This document shows, in pieces, positions 26,303-35,597 of a DNA stretch of 64,000 nucleotides. Origin of the DNA: a virus. The position numbers were made by a program, and so were the translations under genes. The DNA lies in the IMG/VR virus record IMGVR_UViG_3300042090_002485, positions 123,863 through 187,862 of that record. One strand, 5' to 3'. The notes below the pieces were generated by a model. It was not told where the DNA came from. It worked only from the letters and a program-made list of their open reading frames with translations, and did not search any database. Position 1 is the stretch's first letter; each line of letters opens with the position of its first letter.

Positions 26303-26333
26303 ACATCATCACAACAGGAAGGAGGCAACGAAC

Positions 26334-26549
26334 ATGTCCAAGCAGCTCAAGAGCACCGCCCCGTCCCGCTCCGTCATCGACGTCGGCCCCGGCGACTACA
26401 TCAAGATCGGCTCGCACTGGGAGAAGATCACCTCGAACAGTGCCCAGGGCGCGGAGCACACGCCGCGGAGCTGGAGCGTGCGCACCGAGCGCGGGGAGTA
26501 CGGGATGTTCGGCATCAACCGGTACGCCAAAGCGGAGGACCTCGAATGA
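26334..26549 (+). CDS. small hypothetical protein
   Basis: AAGGAGG SD; 71 aa. Confidence 0.7.
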   Translation: MSKQLKSTAPSRSVIDVGPGDYIKIGSHWEKITSNSAQGAEHTPRSWSVRTERGEYGMFGINRYAKAEDLE

Positions 26550-26710
26550 ACGGTTGCTGCATGGCCTCGTGCGACGGACGTAGCCACGACCTCGAGTGCC
26601 GCTGGTATTGGCCTTGCGGCTGTCCTAAAGAACGACCTGCAGGGGCAAAGCGCGCAAAGCCACACGTGCATCGCTACGAAGAACCCGATGACAACGAGGA
26701 CCTCGAGTGA
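26546..26710 (+). CDS. small Cys-rich protein
   Basis: ATGA/GTGA overlaps; MNGCCMASCDGRSHDLEC...; 54 aa. Confidence 0.5.
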   Translation: MNGCCMASCDGRSHDLECRWYWPCGCPKERPAGAKRAKPHVHRYEEPDDNEDLE

Positions 26711-26940
26711 CGTTCGACGAAGACGACACCCGCATCCGTGTTCGCGCGGGCAATCACGCAGTGGTGCGTCGAGTCCGCGACGACTTCGTTCACCTCATCA
26801 TTCCACGCCGGCGCGGCCCTGACGATGTCGCACTAACCGCGGCGTGCCATGCACCATGGGCGATGTGGACGTACGCCCGTGTGGACGCGCCGCTGACCTG
26901 TGTGTTGTGCATCGCATACGATATTCAATGCCCGTCATGA
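26707..26940 (+). CDS. TCxxC-family small Zn-finger-like protein
   Basis: DDFVH...AC...LTCVLCIA. Confidence 0.8.
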   Translation: MTFDEDDTRIRVRAGNHAVVRRVRDDFVHLIIPRRRGPDDVALTAACHAPWAMWTYARVDAPLTCVLCIAYDIQCPS

Positions 26941-27125
26941 ACGTGTCGCTGCCGTCTCTCGAGGGCGATCGCGCGGTCGCCCCTGACGGCGTCGTTCATG
27001 TCTGGGACAAGCTAGTCGACGGCACGATCTGCGGCTCGCAGGTCGAATGGTGGCGATTCCGGCTCGTCAACAGGGACACGCTCGTGACGTGCGTGGGATG
27101 TGTCGCTCGTGCGCCCGCGGACTAA
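26937..27125 (+). CDS. TCxxC-family small Zn-finger-like protein
   Basis: APDGVVH...ICG...VTCVGCVA. Confidence 0.8.
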   Translation: MNVSLPSLEGDRAVAPDGVVHVWDKLVDGTICGSQVEWWRFRLVNRDTLVTCVGCVARAPAD

Positions 27126-27315
27126 CAAATACACGCGCCCTGGCGACACCGTCGTGGATAGCACAGGCATCACGCACGTCGTCATAGACACCGACGCGTA
27201 CTGGATATGGTCGCACTGCCTCGTTCGCGGGATGCCCCCCGACTGGCGCGTGCGCGACGTCGCACCAACGTGCGTGCTCTGCATCGCAAAGAGGATTCAA
27301 CTTGGCACCTATTAA
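27100..27315 (+). CDS. TCxxC-family small Zn-finger-like protein
   Basis: DSTGITH...HC...PTCVLCIA. Confidence 0.8.
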   Translation: MSLVRPRTNKYTRPGDTVVDSTGITHVVIDTDAYWIWSHCLVRGMPPDWRVRDVAPTCVLCIAKRIQLGTY

Positions 27316-27520
27316 CTGCTTCTATGCGATCGGGGACGTCGTCCACATCGCGCGTTGCACGATGAGCACGTGGCGGTTGTTGTGCTGGGACGACGGAGAC
27401 ATCCCGCTCGGCGAGTACGGCCCCGAACCCATACACCCTGGCCCGCCCACGTGCGCGGCGTGCGTCGGGCGTGCACCTCGGGACCTCTACGACATGCTGC
27501 TCGAGCCGTCCCGTGCCTAA
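27302..27520 (+). CDS. TCxxC-family small Zn-finger-like protein
   Basis: GDVVH...LC...PTCAACV. Confidence 0.8.
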   Translation: MAPINCFYAIGDVVHIARCTMSTWRLLCWDDGDIPLGEYGPEPIHPGPPTCAACVGRAPRDLYDMLLEPSRA

Positions 27521-27725
27521 GCTCCCCGCCGATCACGTCGCGCCGCACACCGACGCCAAGGGCATCACGCACGTCGCGATCGTCTTCGACGGCAGCTGGG
27601 TCGTGCGCTGCAACTGGGTATACCTGGCGAGCTGGCAGGTCCAGGCGTCCATCGGAGCCGTGGTCACATGCGCGACCTGCGTGGCGCTCGCGCCAGACGT
27701 GTTCTACGAGAAGGAGAGGTACTGA
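27513..27725 (+). CDS. TCxxC-family small Zn-finger-like protein
   Basis: DAKGITH...RC...VTCATCVA. Confidence 0.8.
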   Translation: MPKLPADHVAPHTDAKGITHVAIVFDGSWVVRCNWVYLASWQVQASIGAVVTCATCVALAPDVFYEKERY

Positions 27726-27949
27726 TGGCACGCGCGGGTAACTACGACGAAACCCAGGGTGCCGCGGCATGGCGCACCACCGACGGCCTCATTCACGTTG
27801 TGACCGCGATGCGACGAGACAAGGGGTGGCAGCAGTTGTGCCGTGTCCACGGGCTCGACGTCGGCAAGACGCTGCCTGGAGACCGTTCGGACCATCTAGT
27901 CACGTGCGTCCGCTGCATCGCACAGCTAATCTACCTGGCGGCGTTGTGA
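27725..27949 (+). CDS. TCxxC-family small Zn-finger-like protein
   Basis: TDGLIH...LC...VTCVRCIA. Confidence 0.8.
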   Translation: MARAGNYDETQGAAAWRTTDGLIHVVTAMRRDKGWQQLCRVHGLDVGKTLPGDRSDHLVTCVRCIAQLIYLAAL

Positions 27950-28152
27950 GGCGTGTCCTGCCCGGGCACCGCGTCGCATGTCCCGATGGCTTGGTTCACC
28001 TTGTGTACGAGGTCGATATCAGCCCTCCACGGATCTACGTGCACTGCCCAAACGACTTTCCGCGGAACCGCGTGCAGATCGTGCTGACGCAACCGCTGAC
28101 GTGCGTGGTGTGCTTGACCTGCGAGCTGCGCGGAGATGCCGATGACCCGTGA
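27946..28152 (+). CDS. TCxxC-family small Zn-finger-like protein
   Basis: PDGLVH...HC...LTCVVCL. Confidence 0.8.
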   Translation: MRRVLPGHRVACPDGLVHLVYEVDISPPRIYVHCPNDFPRNRVQIVLTQPLTCVVCLTCELRGDADDP

Positions 28153-28324
28153 TGGTGCAGGACGGCGTGTTGCCTCGTACGGTCTCATCCACATCGTGGA
28201 TTTCTTTCTCTTCGGAGACGCTGTTACGTTGTGCAACGTCACCCCTCTCAACATCGACGAATGGGAGTACTCTCGTCGCCGTACCACATGCGTGCTGTGC
28301 ATCGCACTGGAGAACAAACAATGA
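28136..28324 (+). CDS. TCxxC-family small Zn-finger-like protein
   Basis: SYGLIH...LC...TTCVLCIA. Confidence 0.8.
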   Translation: MPMTRDGAGRRVASYGLIHIVDFFLFGDAVTLCNVTPLNIDEWEYSRRRTTCVLCIALENKQ

Positions 28325-28800
28325 ACGAACACATGGACGAACAAGAACATCAACGACTCCACCAAGAAGCCAACCAGATGATCTGCGACCTGCTCAACAG
28401 GTTCGCCGACGAAGCACAGCTGGCCATGCACGCGCGCTTCAACTGCCCGGAGTCGGATGAATCGCCCGAGGCGCGCCGGCGGCGCGACTGCATCTCGCAA
28501 GAGGTCCACGGCGCGCTTGCGCAGGCCACGGGCGCGATGGAGGGGTTCCTCGTCGCACGCGGCGCCGAAGCGCTAGAGGCGTACCGGGATCGTGTCCGGT
28601 CGTTCATGAACGGCTACGTCACCGGGCTGCGCGCCGGCGGCGTACCCGCGGAGCAGATCCCGGCGGTGATCAACCAGATCGGTGCGACGATGGTCGAAGC
28701 GGGAACGCCAATGGCGCCCGCATCGCAGGAGCCGATACGTCGGTCAGGGAGGCCACTGCGTGAGGTGATGGCGGGGCGGCGGCACCGGAGACGGCGATGA
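28321..28800 (+). CDS. hypothetical helical protein
   Basis: 159 aa, ATGA overlaps. Confidence 0.7.
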   Translation: MNEHMDEQEHQRLHQEANQMICDLLNRFADEAQLAMHARFNCPESDESPEARRRRDCISQEVHGALAQATGAMEGFLVARGAEALEAYRDRVRSFMNGYVTGLRAGGVPAEQIPAVINQIGATMVEAGTPMAPASQEPIRRSGRPLREVMAGRRHRRRR

Positions 28801-28982
28801 TGCGACCGTATCGCATACGCGACGGCTTCGGTGTCGTGCACATCGAAAGTCTTCTCGCCGGGTATCCGCTGTGCAACCGGGAGCGTCGCCTGTTCGACGC
28901 CGACATCATTGGTCGCGAGGCCCTTGTCACCTGCGCCAGCTGCATCGGCGCGGCCCTCAACACCACTAGGAACGCCACATGA
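28797..28982 (+). CDS. TCxxC-family small Zn-finger-like protein
   Basis: RDGFGVVH...LC...VTCASCI. Confidence 0.8.
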   Translation: MMRPYRIRDGFGVVHIESLLAGYPLCNRERRLFDADIIGREALVTCASCIGAALNTTRNAT

Positions 28983-29176
28983 AGATCCACATCGACCTAG
29001 CACTCGCCCTGCTCAACCTCATCCACAAACTCGTGTTCGCGCTGCTCAAGCTGTCCAACATGATCCTCGCTTGGACGCAAGCTGCGAATCAGCGTAAGCG
29101 CGAAGCGACGCGACCGGCGCCCGCCCCGCCTGCGTGGTTCGAGCCGCAGCGTGGCGCCCCGTTGCTCACCAATTAA
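28979..29176 (+). CDS. small hydrophobic protein
   Basis: IDLALALLNLIHKLVFALLKL. Confidence 0.55.
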   Translation: MKIHIDLALALLNLIHKLVFALLKLSNMILAWTQAANQRKREATRPAPAPPAWFEPQRGAPLLTN

Positions 29177-29194
29177 CCCCACAACTGGATTCCC

Positions 29195-29317
29195 ATGACC
29201 CAAGCGCTCATCATCGCGGCCACCTTCATCGCGACCTTCCTCGAAGCCATCCTCGCATTGCTACTGGGCGACGACCAACCAGTGGTCGTGCATAAACCGG
29301 CGGCCTTCTACGATTGA
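29195..29317 (+). CDS. very small membrane peptide
   Basis: MTQALIIAATFIATFLEAILALLLG; 40 aa; abuts the convergent - strand gene. Confidence 0.45.
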   Translation: MTQALIIAATFIATFLEAILALLLGDDQPVVVHKPAAFYD

Positions 29318-31843
29318 TCACGTACGAGGTTTCGCCGTACCTGTAACCATACCGCCAGGACGGACAGCGCCCGTGACCGTATCGGCTTCCAGGGCACGTG
29401 CTGTTCCAGCCACGCTAGTTTTTTGCGTTGACCCCGTAACTGTCTCGGGTTGTGCCAGAACTGCAGTTCCCGCAACCGCAGCGGAACGCACCGCGGCGGC
29501 AATCACCGTCGCAGGTACATCAGGCGCAACGACGTAGCCCATCTGCGCCGTGACCGTGCCTTGGTGCGTGTGCACCTCGTTGACCTGGTCGCTCGGTGCC
29601 CGCAGCGCCTCGGCGACCGCACGGGCGCCGACGAATACCCGCGCCACGGCGTCGGTGATGGTCGGCAGCGTCTCCGTTGGCGCGCGGAAGAACGCAGCCA
29701 CGCCCGCAACGGCGTCGGACAAGGTCGGCAGCGTCTCGACAATGGCGCGACGCGCTGCGGTCACTCGAGCGATGGCGTCGGTCGGCCTGGGCAGCGCCTC
29801 GGCAAGCGCGCGGGCGCCGATGAACGTGCGCGCGATGGCGTCGGACGGCGCGGGCAGTGTCTCAGCGACCGCGCGCGAAAATGCAGCAACAGCCGCAACC
29901 GCGTCGGTCAGCGTCGGCAGCGTTTCTGTCAGCGCTCGAACCACGCTCCCCGTGCTCGAAACGGCGTCGGACAGCGACGGCAGTGCCTCGGCGATCGCTC
30001 GAGCACCAACGAACGCTCGCGCGATGGCGTCGGTCGGCTTGGGCAACGCCTCGGCGATTGCCCGCGGGAACGTCGCAACAGCTGTGACGGCGTCGGTGAC
30101 GGTTGGCAGAGTCTCGGCGATTGCCCGCGGGAACCTCGCGACCATCGCAACCGCGTCGCTCGGTGTTGGCAGGGTCTCCGTGATCGTGCGCGCGCCGACG
30201 AACACCCGCGCGACGGAGTCGGTGAGCGTCGGCAGCGTCTCGGCAACCGCGCGGGTGTAAGCTACGGCGCGCGCGAGCGCGTCGGTCACTGTTGGCAGTG
30301 TTTCTGCGAGGTTGCGCGTCCCGACGAAGACCCGTGCGACGGCGTCGGTGACAGTCGGCAAGGTCTCCGCGACCGCGCGCGAACCGACGAACACCCGCGC
30401 GACGGCGTCGGTGAGCGTCGGCAACGTCTCGCCGATGCTGCGCGTGAAGCTCCCCGAAGACGATTCGCTCACGCTGTCGAATATGGTCGGCAGGGTTTCG
30501 GCGATCGCGCGCGCGCCAACGAACATGCGGGCCACCGCATCAGTGGGCGTCGGCAGCGTCTCTGCAATGGCGCGTGCGAGGACTTGCTGGATGGCAACGG
30601 CGTCCGTCGGGGTCGGCAACGTCTCGGCCACGGCACGATCAAACGCGGCGATCCGCGCAACCGCATCGGCGAGCGTCGGCAGCGTTTCGCTGATCGCTCG
30701 AGTCAGGGCTTGCTGCGCGGCGATCGCGTCGGTGAGCGTCGACAACGTCTCCGCGATCGCCCGTGTGAACACCACAACAGCAACGACAGCGTCGGTGAGC
30801 GTCGGCAGCGTCTCCGAGATCGCACGCGACAATCCTTGCGACGCTGTGACGGCGTCGGTGAGCGTCGGCAGCGTCTCAGCGATCGCTCGAGCACCGGCGA
30901 ACACCCGCGCGACAGCGTCGGTCGGCGTCGGCAGCGTCTCGGCGATCGCTCGAGCGCCCACAAACATGCGGGCGACGGCGTCGGTGACGGTCGGCAGGGT
31001 CTCGCCGATGGTCGCAATGTTCTGCACCGCGCGCGACACGGAGTCGCTGACGGTCGTCAAGGTCTCGCTGATGCCTCGAGTGCCGACGAAAACGCGCGCG
31101 ATGGCGTCGGTCAAGGTCGGCAGGGTCTCAGCAATCGCTCGAGCACCGATGAATTGCCGCGCAACGGCATCGGTCGGCGTTGACAGGGTCTCAGCGAGGG
31201 CTCGTGCGAGGACTTGTTGGGTCGAAACGGCGTCTGTGACCGTCGGCAGGGTCTCCGCGATGGCTCGCGCACCGATAAACTGCCGCGCAACGGCATCGGT
31301 CGGCGTTGACAGGGTCTCAGCGATGGCTCGTGCGAGGACTTGTTGGATCGAAACGGCGTCTGTGACCGTCGGCAGGGTCTCAGCGATGGCTCGGCTGAAG
31401 GACGCCTGCCGAGCGACGGCGTCAGTCGGCGTCGGCAGGGTCTCCGCGATGGCTCGCGCACCGATGAACTGCCGCGCAACGGCGTCGGTCAGCGTCGGCA
31501 GCGTTTCAGCAATCGCTCGGACGCCGATGAACTGCCGCGCAACGGCGTCGGTTGGCGTCGGCAGGGTCTCCGCGAGCGCACGCGCGTAGACCACCTGCCG
31601 CGAAACCGTGTCGGTCAGGGTTGGCAGCGTCTCGGCGATCGCTCGAGCACCGATGAACTGCCGCGCGATGGCGTCGGTTGGCGTCGGTACGGTCTCGGCG
31701 ATCGCGCGCGCCAGGACCTGCTGGATCGCGACCGAATCGGTGAGCGTCGGTAGCGTCTCGGCGATCGACTCGACGTAGTTGTGCGCGCCGCCCGGGATCG
31801 CCGAGATGGGTGCTGAGGAGATTGGTCCAAAGCCAAGGGCCAT
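29318..31843 (-). CDS. 841-aa tandem-repeat protein, probable virion/tail component
   Basis: about 34 repeats of ~21 aa, RAIAETLPT(L/P/V)TDAVAR(Q/V)F(I/V)GA; in an operon with Gly-rich tail-type genes. Confidence 0.8.
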   Translation of the reverse strand: MALGFGPISSAPISAIPGGAHNYVESIAETLPTLTDSVAIQQVLARAIAETVPTPTDAIARQFIGARAIAETLPTLTDTVSRQVVYARALAETLPTPTDAVARQFIGVRAIAETLPTLTDAVARQFIGARAIAETLPTPTDAVARQASFSRAIAETLPTVTDAVSIQQVLARAIAETLSTPTDAVARQFIGARAIAETLPTVTDAVSTQQVLARALAETLSTPTDAVARQFIGARAIAETLPTLTDAIARVFVGTRGISETLTTVSDSVSRAVQNIATIGETLPTVTDAVARMFVGARAIAETLPTPTDAVARVFAGARAIAETLPTLTDAVTASQGLSRAISETLPTLTDAVVAVVVFTRAIAETLSTLTDAIAAQQALTRAISETLPTLADAVARIAAFDRAVAETLPTPTDAVAIQQVLARAIAETLPTPTDAVARMFVGARAIAETLPTIFDSVSESSSGSFTRSIGETLPTLTDAVARVFVGSRAVAETLPTVTDAVARVFVGTRNLAETLPTVTDALARAVAYTRAVAETLPTLTDSVARVFVGARTITETLPTPSDAVAMVARFPRAIAETLPTVTDAVTAVATFPRAIAEALPKPTDAIARAFVGARAIAEALPSLSDAVSSTGSVVRALTETLPTLTDAVAAVAAFSRAVAETLPAPSDAIARTFIGARALAEALPRPTDAIARVTAARRAIVETLPTLSDAVAGVAAFFRAPTETLPTITDAVARVFVGARAVAEALRAPSDQVNEVHTHQGTVTAQMGYVVAPDVPATVIAAAVRSAAVAGTAVLAQPETVTGSTQKTSVAGTARALEADTVTGAVRPGGMVTGTAKPRT
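29580..31780. repeat. ~63-bp degenerate coding tandem repeats
   Basis: recurrent gcgtcggt(g/c)agcgtcggcagcgtctcggcgat; boundaries approximate. Confidence 0.8.
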
Positions 31844-31846
31844 CGT

Positions 31847-32815
31847 TCACCACCACATCAAGTAGATGAACCCTGGCCCGCCCGGCCCGCCCGCGCCACC
31901 CGTCCCGCCCGACGTGCCGCCGCCGCCGCCACCGCCGCCGCCGCCGCAACCCCACGCGCCTTGCCCGCCTGCGCCAGCAGCACCACTGACCTGCCCGCCG
32001 CCGCCGGTGCCGCCCATGCCCCCGAAGAGCTGTCCGGGAAAGTCAGCGTAGGTCCCCGCGAGCTGCGCGAGCGTGTTGACGTTGAACCCGGGATTACCGT
32101 TGTGCCCGACAGCGCCGCCAGCGATTTGCTGGACCAAGCCAAGCCCTGCCTGGTTGCCGCCGGCACCCGCAGTAGTCGACGAGCTGGCTCCGCCACCGCC
32201 CGTGCCTCCTGTGAAGGGCTGCCCGCCGCCACCCCAGCCGCCGTTGGCCCCTGCGGTACCTGTACTAGCACCACCCGACTTTCCGGTGTCACCGCTGATC
32301 GTGTTGTAGTAGAGCGCCCAGCCCAGATAGACCGGCAGCGGCGCGGTCATGACCCCGTTGGAGCCGCCCGTGCCCGCGGTCGTCGACGATCCACCGCCGC
32401 CGCCCGTGGCCGCTATTCCTGTCCAGAGGATAAGGTCTGCCGATGTTGTTGTGGGACCGTCGGAGAGATAGGACGCGATGCCGCTACTACCGGTCACGCC
32501 CGTGCTGCCCGCTGCGCCGCCGGCGCCGCCCGCGCCTGCGAGATAGTGGATCCGGCGCGGCAGAAAGCGCGTCGGTATACACATCGTCGCGAGACCGCCC
32601 GAGCCCCCACCGCCGCCGCCGCACGCCGCCGTCGCCGCGCCACTTGTAGCACCGCCGCCGCCACCGCCACCACCCGATGCGAGTGCTGCGAACAGCCATG
32701 ACGCGTTGCGCGGAATCACCAACGTCCGCCAGCCCGATGACGTCGCGGTCGCATAGCCTGGAACGAACAGGCTGTTCATTCGGCGCGGGCTGAACTTGTC
32801 GACGATGTCAAACAC
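31847..32815 (-). CDS. glycine-rich tail-fibre-associated protein, paralog 1
   Basis: W..L.IPRN...GGGGGGGG...PTRFLP...GAWGCGGGGGG...GPGFIYLMWW. Confidence 0.8.
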   Translation of the reverse strand: MFDIVDKFSPRRMNSLFVPGYATATSSGWRTLVIPRNASWLFAALASGGGGGGGGATSGAATAACGGGGGGSGGLATMCIPTRFLPRRIHYLAGAGGAGGAAGSTGVTGSSGIASYLSDGPTTTSADLILWTGIAATGGGGGSSTTAGTGGSNGVMTAPLPVYLGWALYYNTISGDTGKSGGASTGTAGANGGWGGGGQPFTGGTGGGGASSSTTAGAGGNQAGLGLVQQIAGGAVGHNGNPGFNVNTLAQLAGTYADFPGQLFGGMGGTGGGGQVSGAAGAGGQGAWGCGGGGGGGGGGTSGGTGGAGGPGGPGFIYLMWW

Positions 32816-32818
32816 CGA

Positions 32819-33790
32819 TCACCACCAACACACGTAGATGAAGCCGGGGCCACCCGCGCCACTCTTGCCACCGGTGCCACCTGAGGTGCCGCCTGCGCCG
32901 CCGCCGCCTGCGCCGCCACAACCAAGCCCGCCTTGACCGCCAGCGCCACCGGTACCCGTCGCAACAGCGGCTCCGCCCGCGCCACCCGTGAAGGCGAACA
33001 GCTCCCATGGCCAATCGCCGATCTGGAGCCCCGCGCTGGCGGGGATGAACACGCCAGAATTGAACCCTTGGCTGCCTGCCTTGTTCACGTTCGAGATCAA
33101 GCCCGCCGCGACAGACGGGACTAGGCCCGCCCCTGTAATCGCCCCGCCACTTCCTTGCGTTGTCGACGTGTTGGTGCCGCCGCCGCCCGCCCCGCCCGAC
33201 ACGATGAGGCCAGCGCCACCCCAGGTCACGCCGGTACCGTTGGTTCCTGACGTCGTGCCGCCGCTCCCGCCTGCCTGGCCCGCGATCGCAGTGAACACAC
33301 CAAGCGTAGAGAACGCCGCGTTATTGCCTGTCGAGACGGTCTCAGCAACACCGGAGGAGCCTGCAGCGGTTCCGCCTCCAGCAGCTGCCGAACCGGAGAC
33401 AAGCACGATGTCGCTCGCGTTCGGACTCGAGGCGGGCTCCGCCGAGATGAACGAGCGAACGCCTGCGCTACCATTCGCACCAGCCGTTGCGGCAACACCA
33501 CCTGCGCCGGGCGAGAAGTACAACTCGCGCGGCAGGAACCGCGCTGGGATGAGAAGCGATGCAGACGCGCCTGACCCGCCCCCGCCGCCGCCGGTAGCTG
33601 CGACACCCGCCCCTTTCGTTTGCCCGCCACCACCGCTGGCACCGCCACCCTGAGTGACCAAGAACACCATGCTGGCGTTGCGGGGGACCAACCACGGTTC
33701 CCAACCCGTGGCGTTGGTGACCATGCCGCCAACGATCCACACCTGCTCGGTGACGCGCGGGTTGAAAGAAGGCTTGGCAGGAAATCCCAT
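32819..33790 (-). CDS. glycine-rich tail-fibre-associated protein, paralog 2
   Basis: same frame of motifs, ends GPGFIYVCWW. Confidence 0.8.
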   Translation of the reverse strand: MGFPAKPSFNPRVTEQVWIVGGMVTNATGWEPWLVPRNASMVFLVTQGGGASGGGGQTKGAGVAATGGGGGGSGASASLLIPARFLPRELYFSPGAGGVAATAGANGSAGVRSFISAEPASSPNASDIVLVSGSAAAGGGTAAGSSGVAETVSTGNNAAFSTLGVFTAIAGQAGGSGGTTSGTNGTGVTWGGAGLIVSGGAGGGGTNTSTTQGSGGAITGAGLVPSVAAGLISNVNKAGSQGFNSGVFIPASAGLQIGDWPWELFAFTGGAGGAAVATGTGGAGGQGGLGCGGAGGGGAGGTSGGTGGKSGAGGPGFIYVCWW

Positions 33791-33793
33791 GGG

Positions 33794-34768
33794 TCACCAG
33801 AACCACACGATGACGAATCCAGGGCCACCAGCGCCACCCGCGCCACCCGTCCCGCCCGACGTTCCCCCGCCTCCGCCTCCGCCGCCTCCGCCGCAACCCC
33901 ACGCGCCTTGCCCGCCACGCCCCGCGGTGCCGCTGGCTTTGCCTCCGCCGCCCGAACCGCCACTGAACGCAAAGATCTGATGCGGGAAGTCGCCGTGGAA
34001 GCTGGCCATGTCCATCTGGCAGTTCACGTTGAAGCCGGGGTTACCAGGGCTACCGCCCGCGGCGCCGCCCGCGATGGTGTTGACCAGACCTGCACCGGTG
34101 ATCGCGCCGCCCGCGCCGTTGGTCGTCGACGCGTTGCTACTGCCGCCCCCGGCGCCGCCGGAGAGCGGAGGCAGCGTCGTGCCTGAGCCGCCCCACACCT
34201 CTGCTGTTCCCGTACCACCCGACGTCGAACCTCCCGTGGTTCCTGATTGTCCAACGAGCGCCACCCAGAGGCCGAACTGGGAGAATGCGGTGAGTGCGCG
34301 CGTTGCCGCAGTCTCCGCGGCGCCACCGCTCGCCGAAGACGTGCTGCCCTGCGTGCCGCCCACGGCTGCCGCGGTGCCCGACACCAAAATGAGGTCGCCT
34401 GCGACCGTCGAGCCATTCTCCGCCGATACGAACGAACGCACACCGGCGTTGCCCACCGTTGCAGCGGCCGGCGCCGCGCCACCCGCACCCGCACCGACGT
34501 AGACCGTGCGTGGCAAGAAGCGCGTCGGGATGAGCAGATTTGCCACTGAGCCCGACCCACCGCCTCCAGCGCCCGTTCCGATCGTCGCAGCCGCGCTCGA
34601 TGCTCCGCCGCCGCCGCTTGCGCCGCCGCCGACGCAGAGCCATTGGCTCATCGAGACGTTGCGAGGAATCTCCCACGGGATCCAACCGCCGGCACCGGTA
34701 GCGAACATGCCGGGCCAAACCATCACCCCGCAGTTGCGAGGGTTCGCCGCGGCGAGGGCGCTGAACAC
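33794..34768 (-). CDS. glycine-rich tail-fibre-associated protein, paralog 3
   Basis: same frame of motifs, ends GPGFVIVWFW. Confidence 0.8.
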   Translation of the reverse strand: MFSALAAANPRNCGVMVWPGMFATGAGGWIPWEIPRNVSMSQWLCVGGGASGGGGASSAAATIGTGAGGGGSGSVANLLIPTRFLPRTVYVGAGAGGAAPAAATVGNAGVRSFVSAENGSTVAGDLILVSGTAAAVGGTQGSTSSASGGAAETAATRALTAFSQFGLWVALVGQSGTTGGSTSGGTGTAEVWGGSGTTLPPLSGGAGGGSSNASTTNGAGGAITGAGLVNTIAGGAAGGSPGNPGFNVNCQMDMASFHGDFPHQIFAFSGGSGGGGKASGTAGRGGQGAWGCGGGGGGGGGGTSGGTGGAGGAGGPGFVIVWFW

Positions 34769-34769
34769 C

Positions 34770-35222
34770 TTAGTAGTTCGCGCCGAACGTGGTTGCGCGC
34801 AGGTTCGTGTTGGCGTTGTTGACGACGTGCGAGGAAGCCGCGAGGTATTGCCCTGTGCCCAAGCGGAATCCGAGCGGGATGTCGTACCAGTTCGTCGCCG
34901 TCGTGGTCTGGTCCGCAGTGATCGCGGGCAACGCGATCTCGGCGATGAGCCAGCAGTTCGACGTCGACGACGACCCGGTGTTCGTCGTGGCGATGTAGAG
35001 CCGGAACACGGTCGCCGCCGTCGCCGTCGCCGCCGCGCTCGCCACCGCCATGATGCGCACCGCTTCGACGTAGGAGTCGTTGGCGCCTGCCGTGAACAGC
35101 ACGACCATCGACGTGCCGAACGTGCCGCCCGAGCCGTCGCTCGTGGTCAGCGCGGTGCCGCCGACCAACGCCGAGTTGATGTTCGACGCGACGCAGAACT
35201 GAGGCTGAACGTTCGCGGTCAT
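34770..35222 (-). CDS. probable virion structural protein
   Basis: Thr/Ala-rich beta protein, AGGAG SD, operonic. Confidence 0.7.
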   Translation of the reverse strand: MTANVQPQFCVASNINSALVGGTALTTSDGSGGTFGTSMVVLFTAGANDSYVEAVRIMAVASAAATATAATVFRLYIATTNTGSSSTSNCWLIAEIALPAITADQTTTATNWYDIPLGFRLGTGQYLAASSHVVNNANTNLRATTFGANY

Positions 35223-35229
35223 GAGGCTC

Positions 35230-35583
35230 CTACTGTGGCACCATCTTCATCGCGAACGCGATCGTCACGCCCTTGTCCGCGATGCTCGCGGCAGGAAAGT
35301 CGAGCGACACGGTGATCGTCGTCGAGAAGCTGACCGCCGAACCCGAGTTGCTCGACGACAGGATGACGTCACGCGACAGGGTCGTGCCGCTGTTGGTGAA
35401 GGTGCCGATGCCGACTTCCCAATCGCCGGCGGCATCGGTCAGCGTGTAGTAGACCGTCGCGTTCTGGGCCAGCGCGGATGTGAACGAGCGGAAGCCTGTC
35501 GTGGCGCCGGCGAGCGTCAGCGTCCCTGTACCCGCGGTGGATGAGGTCTCCTGAACACGGTCTGCATACATGAGCCCCGGCAC
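35230..35583 (-). CDS. phage tail (fibre) protein, ADRV.ET...GTGT family
   Basis: YADRVQETSSTAGTGTLTLAGATTGF...WEVGIGT...LSRD..LSSSNSG, a widely seen phage tail-fibre N-terminal motif. Confidence 0.8.
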   Translation of the reverse strand: MPGLMYADRVQETSSTAGTGTLTLAGATTGFRSFTSALAQNATVYYTLTDAAGDWEVGIGTFTNSGTTLSRDVILSSSNSGSAVSFSTTITVSLDFPAASIADKGVTIAFAMKMVPQ

Positions 35584-35591
35584 GCTCAGGA

Positions 35592-35597
35592 ATTATA
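35592..35597 (-). promoter_or_regulatory. -10 hexamer TATAAT, 8 nt before GTG
   Basis: minus strand CCCTATAATTCCTGAGC-GTG; no SD. Confidence 0.5.

Noticed and set aside
4510-26304. GATAAAC at 4510, 15269 and 26298 as a phage promoter
   Set aside because: Two copies contain a TAA stop and one is coding; about one chance copy is expected per strand. Only the palindromic copies at 12627 and 13803 were kept.
21856-28982. Diversity-generating retroelement as source of variability
   Set aside because: No reverse transcriptase and no template/variable repeat pair differing only at adenines in this window; cannot be excluded elsewhere in the genome.
29450-31589. Long + strand ORFs (577, 236, 425 aa) over the repeat gene
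   Set aside because: Antisense shadows of the stop-poor repeat protein.
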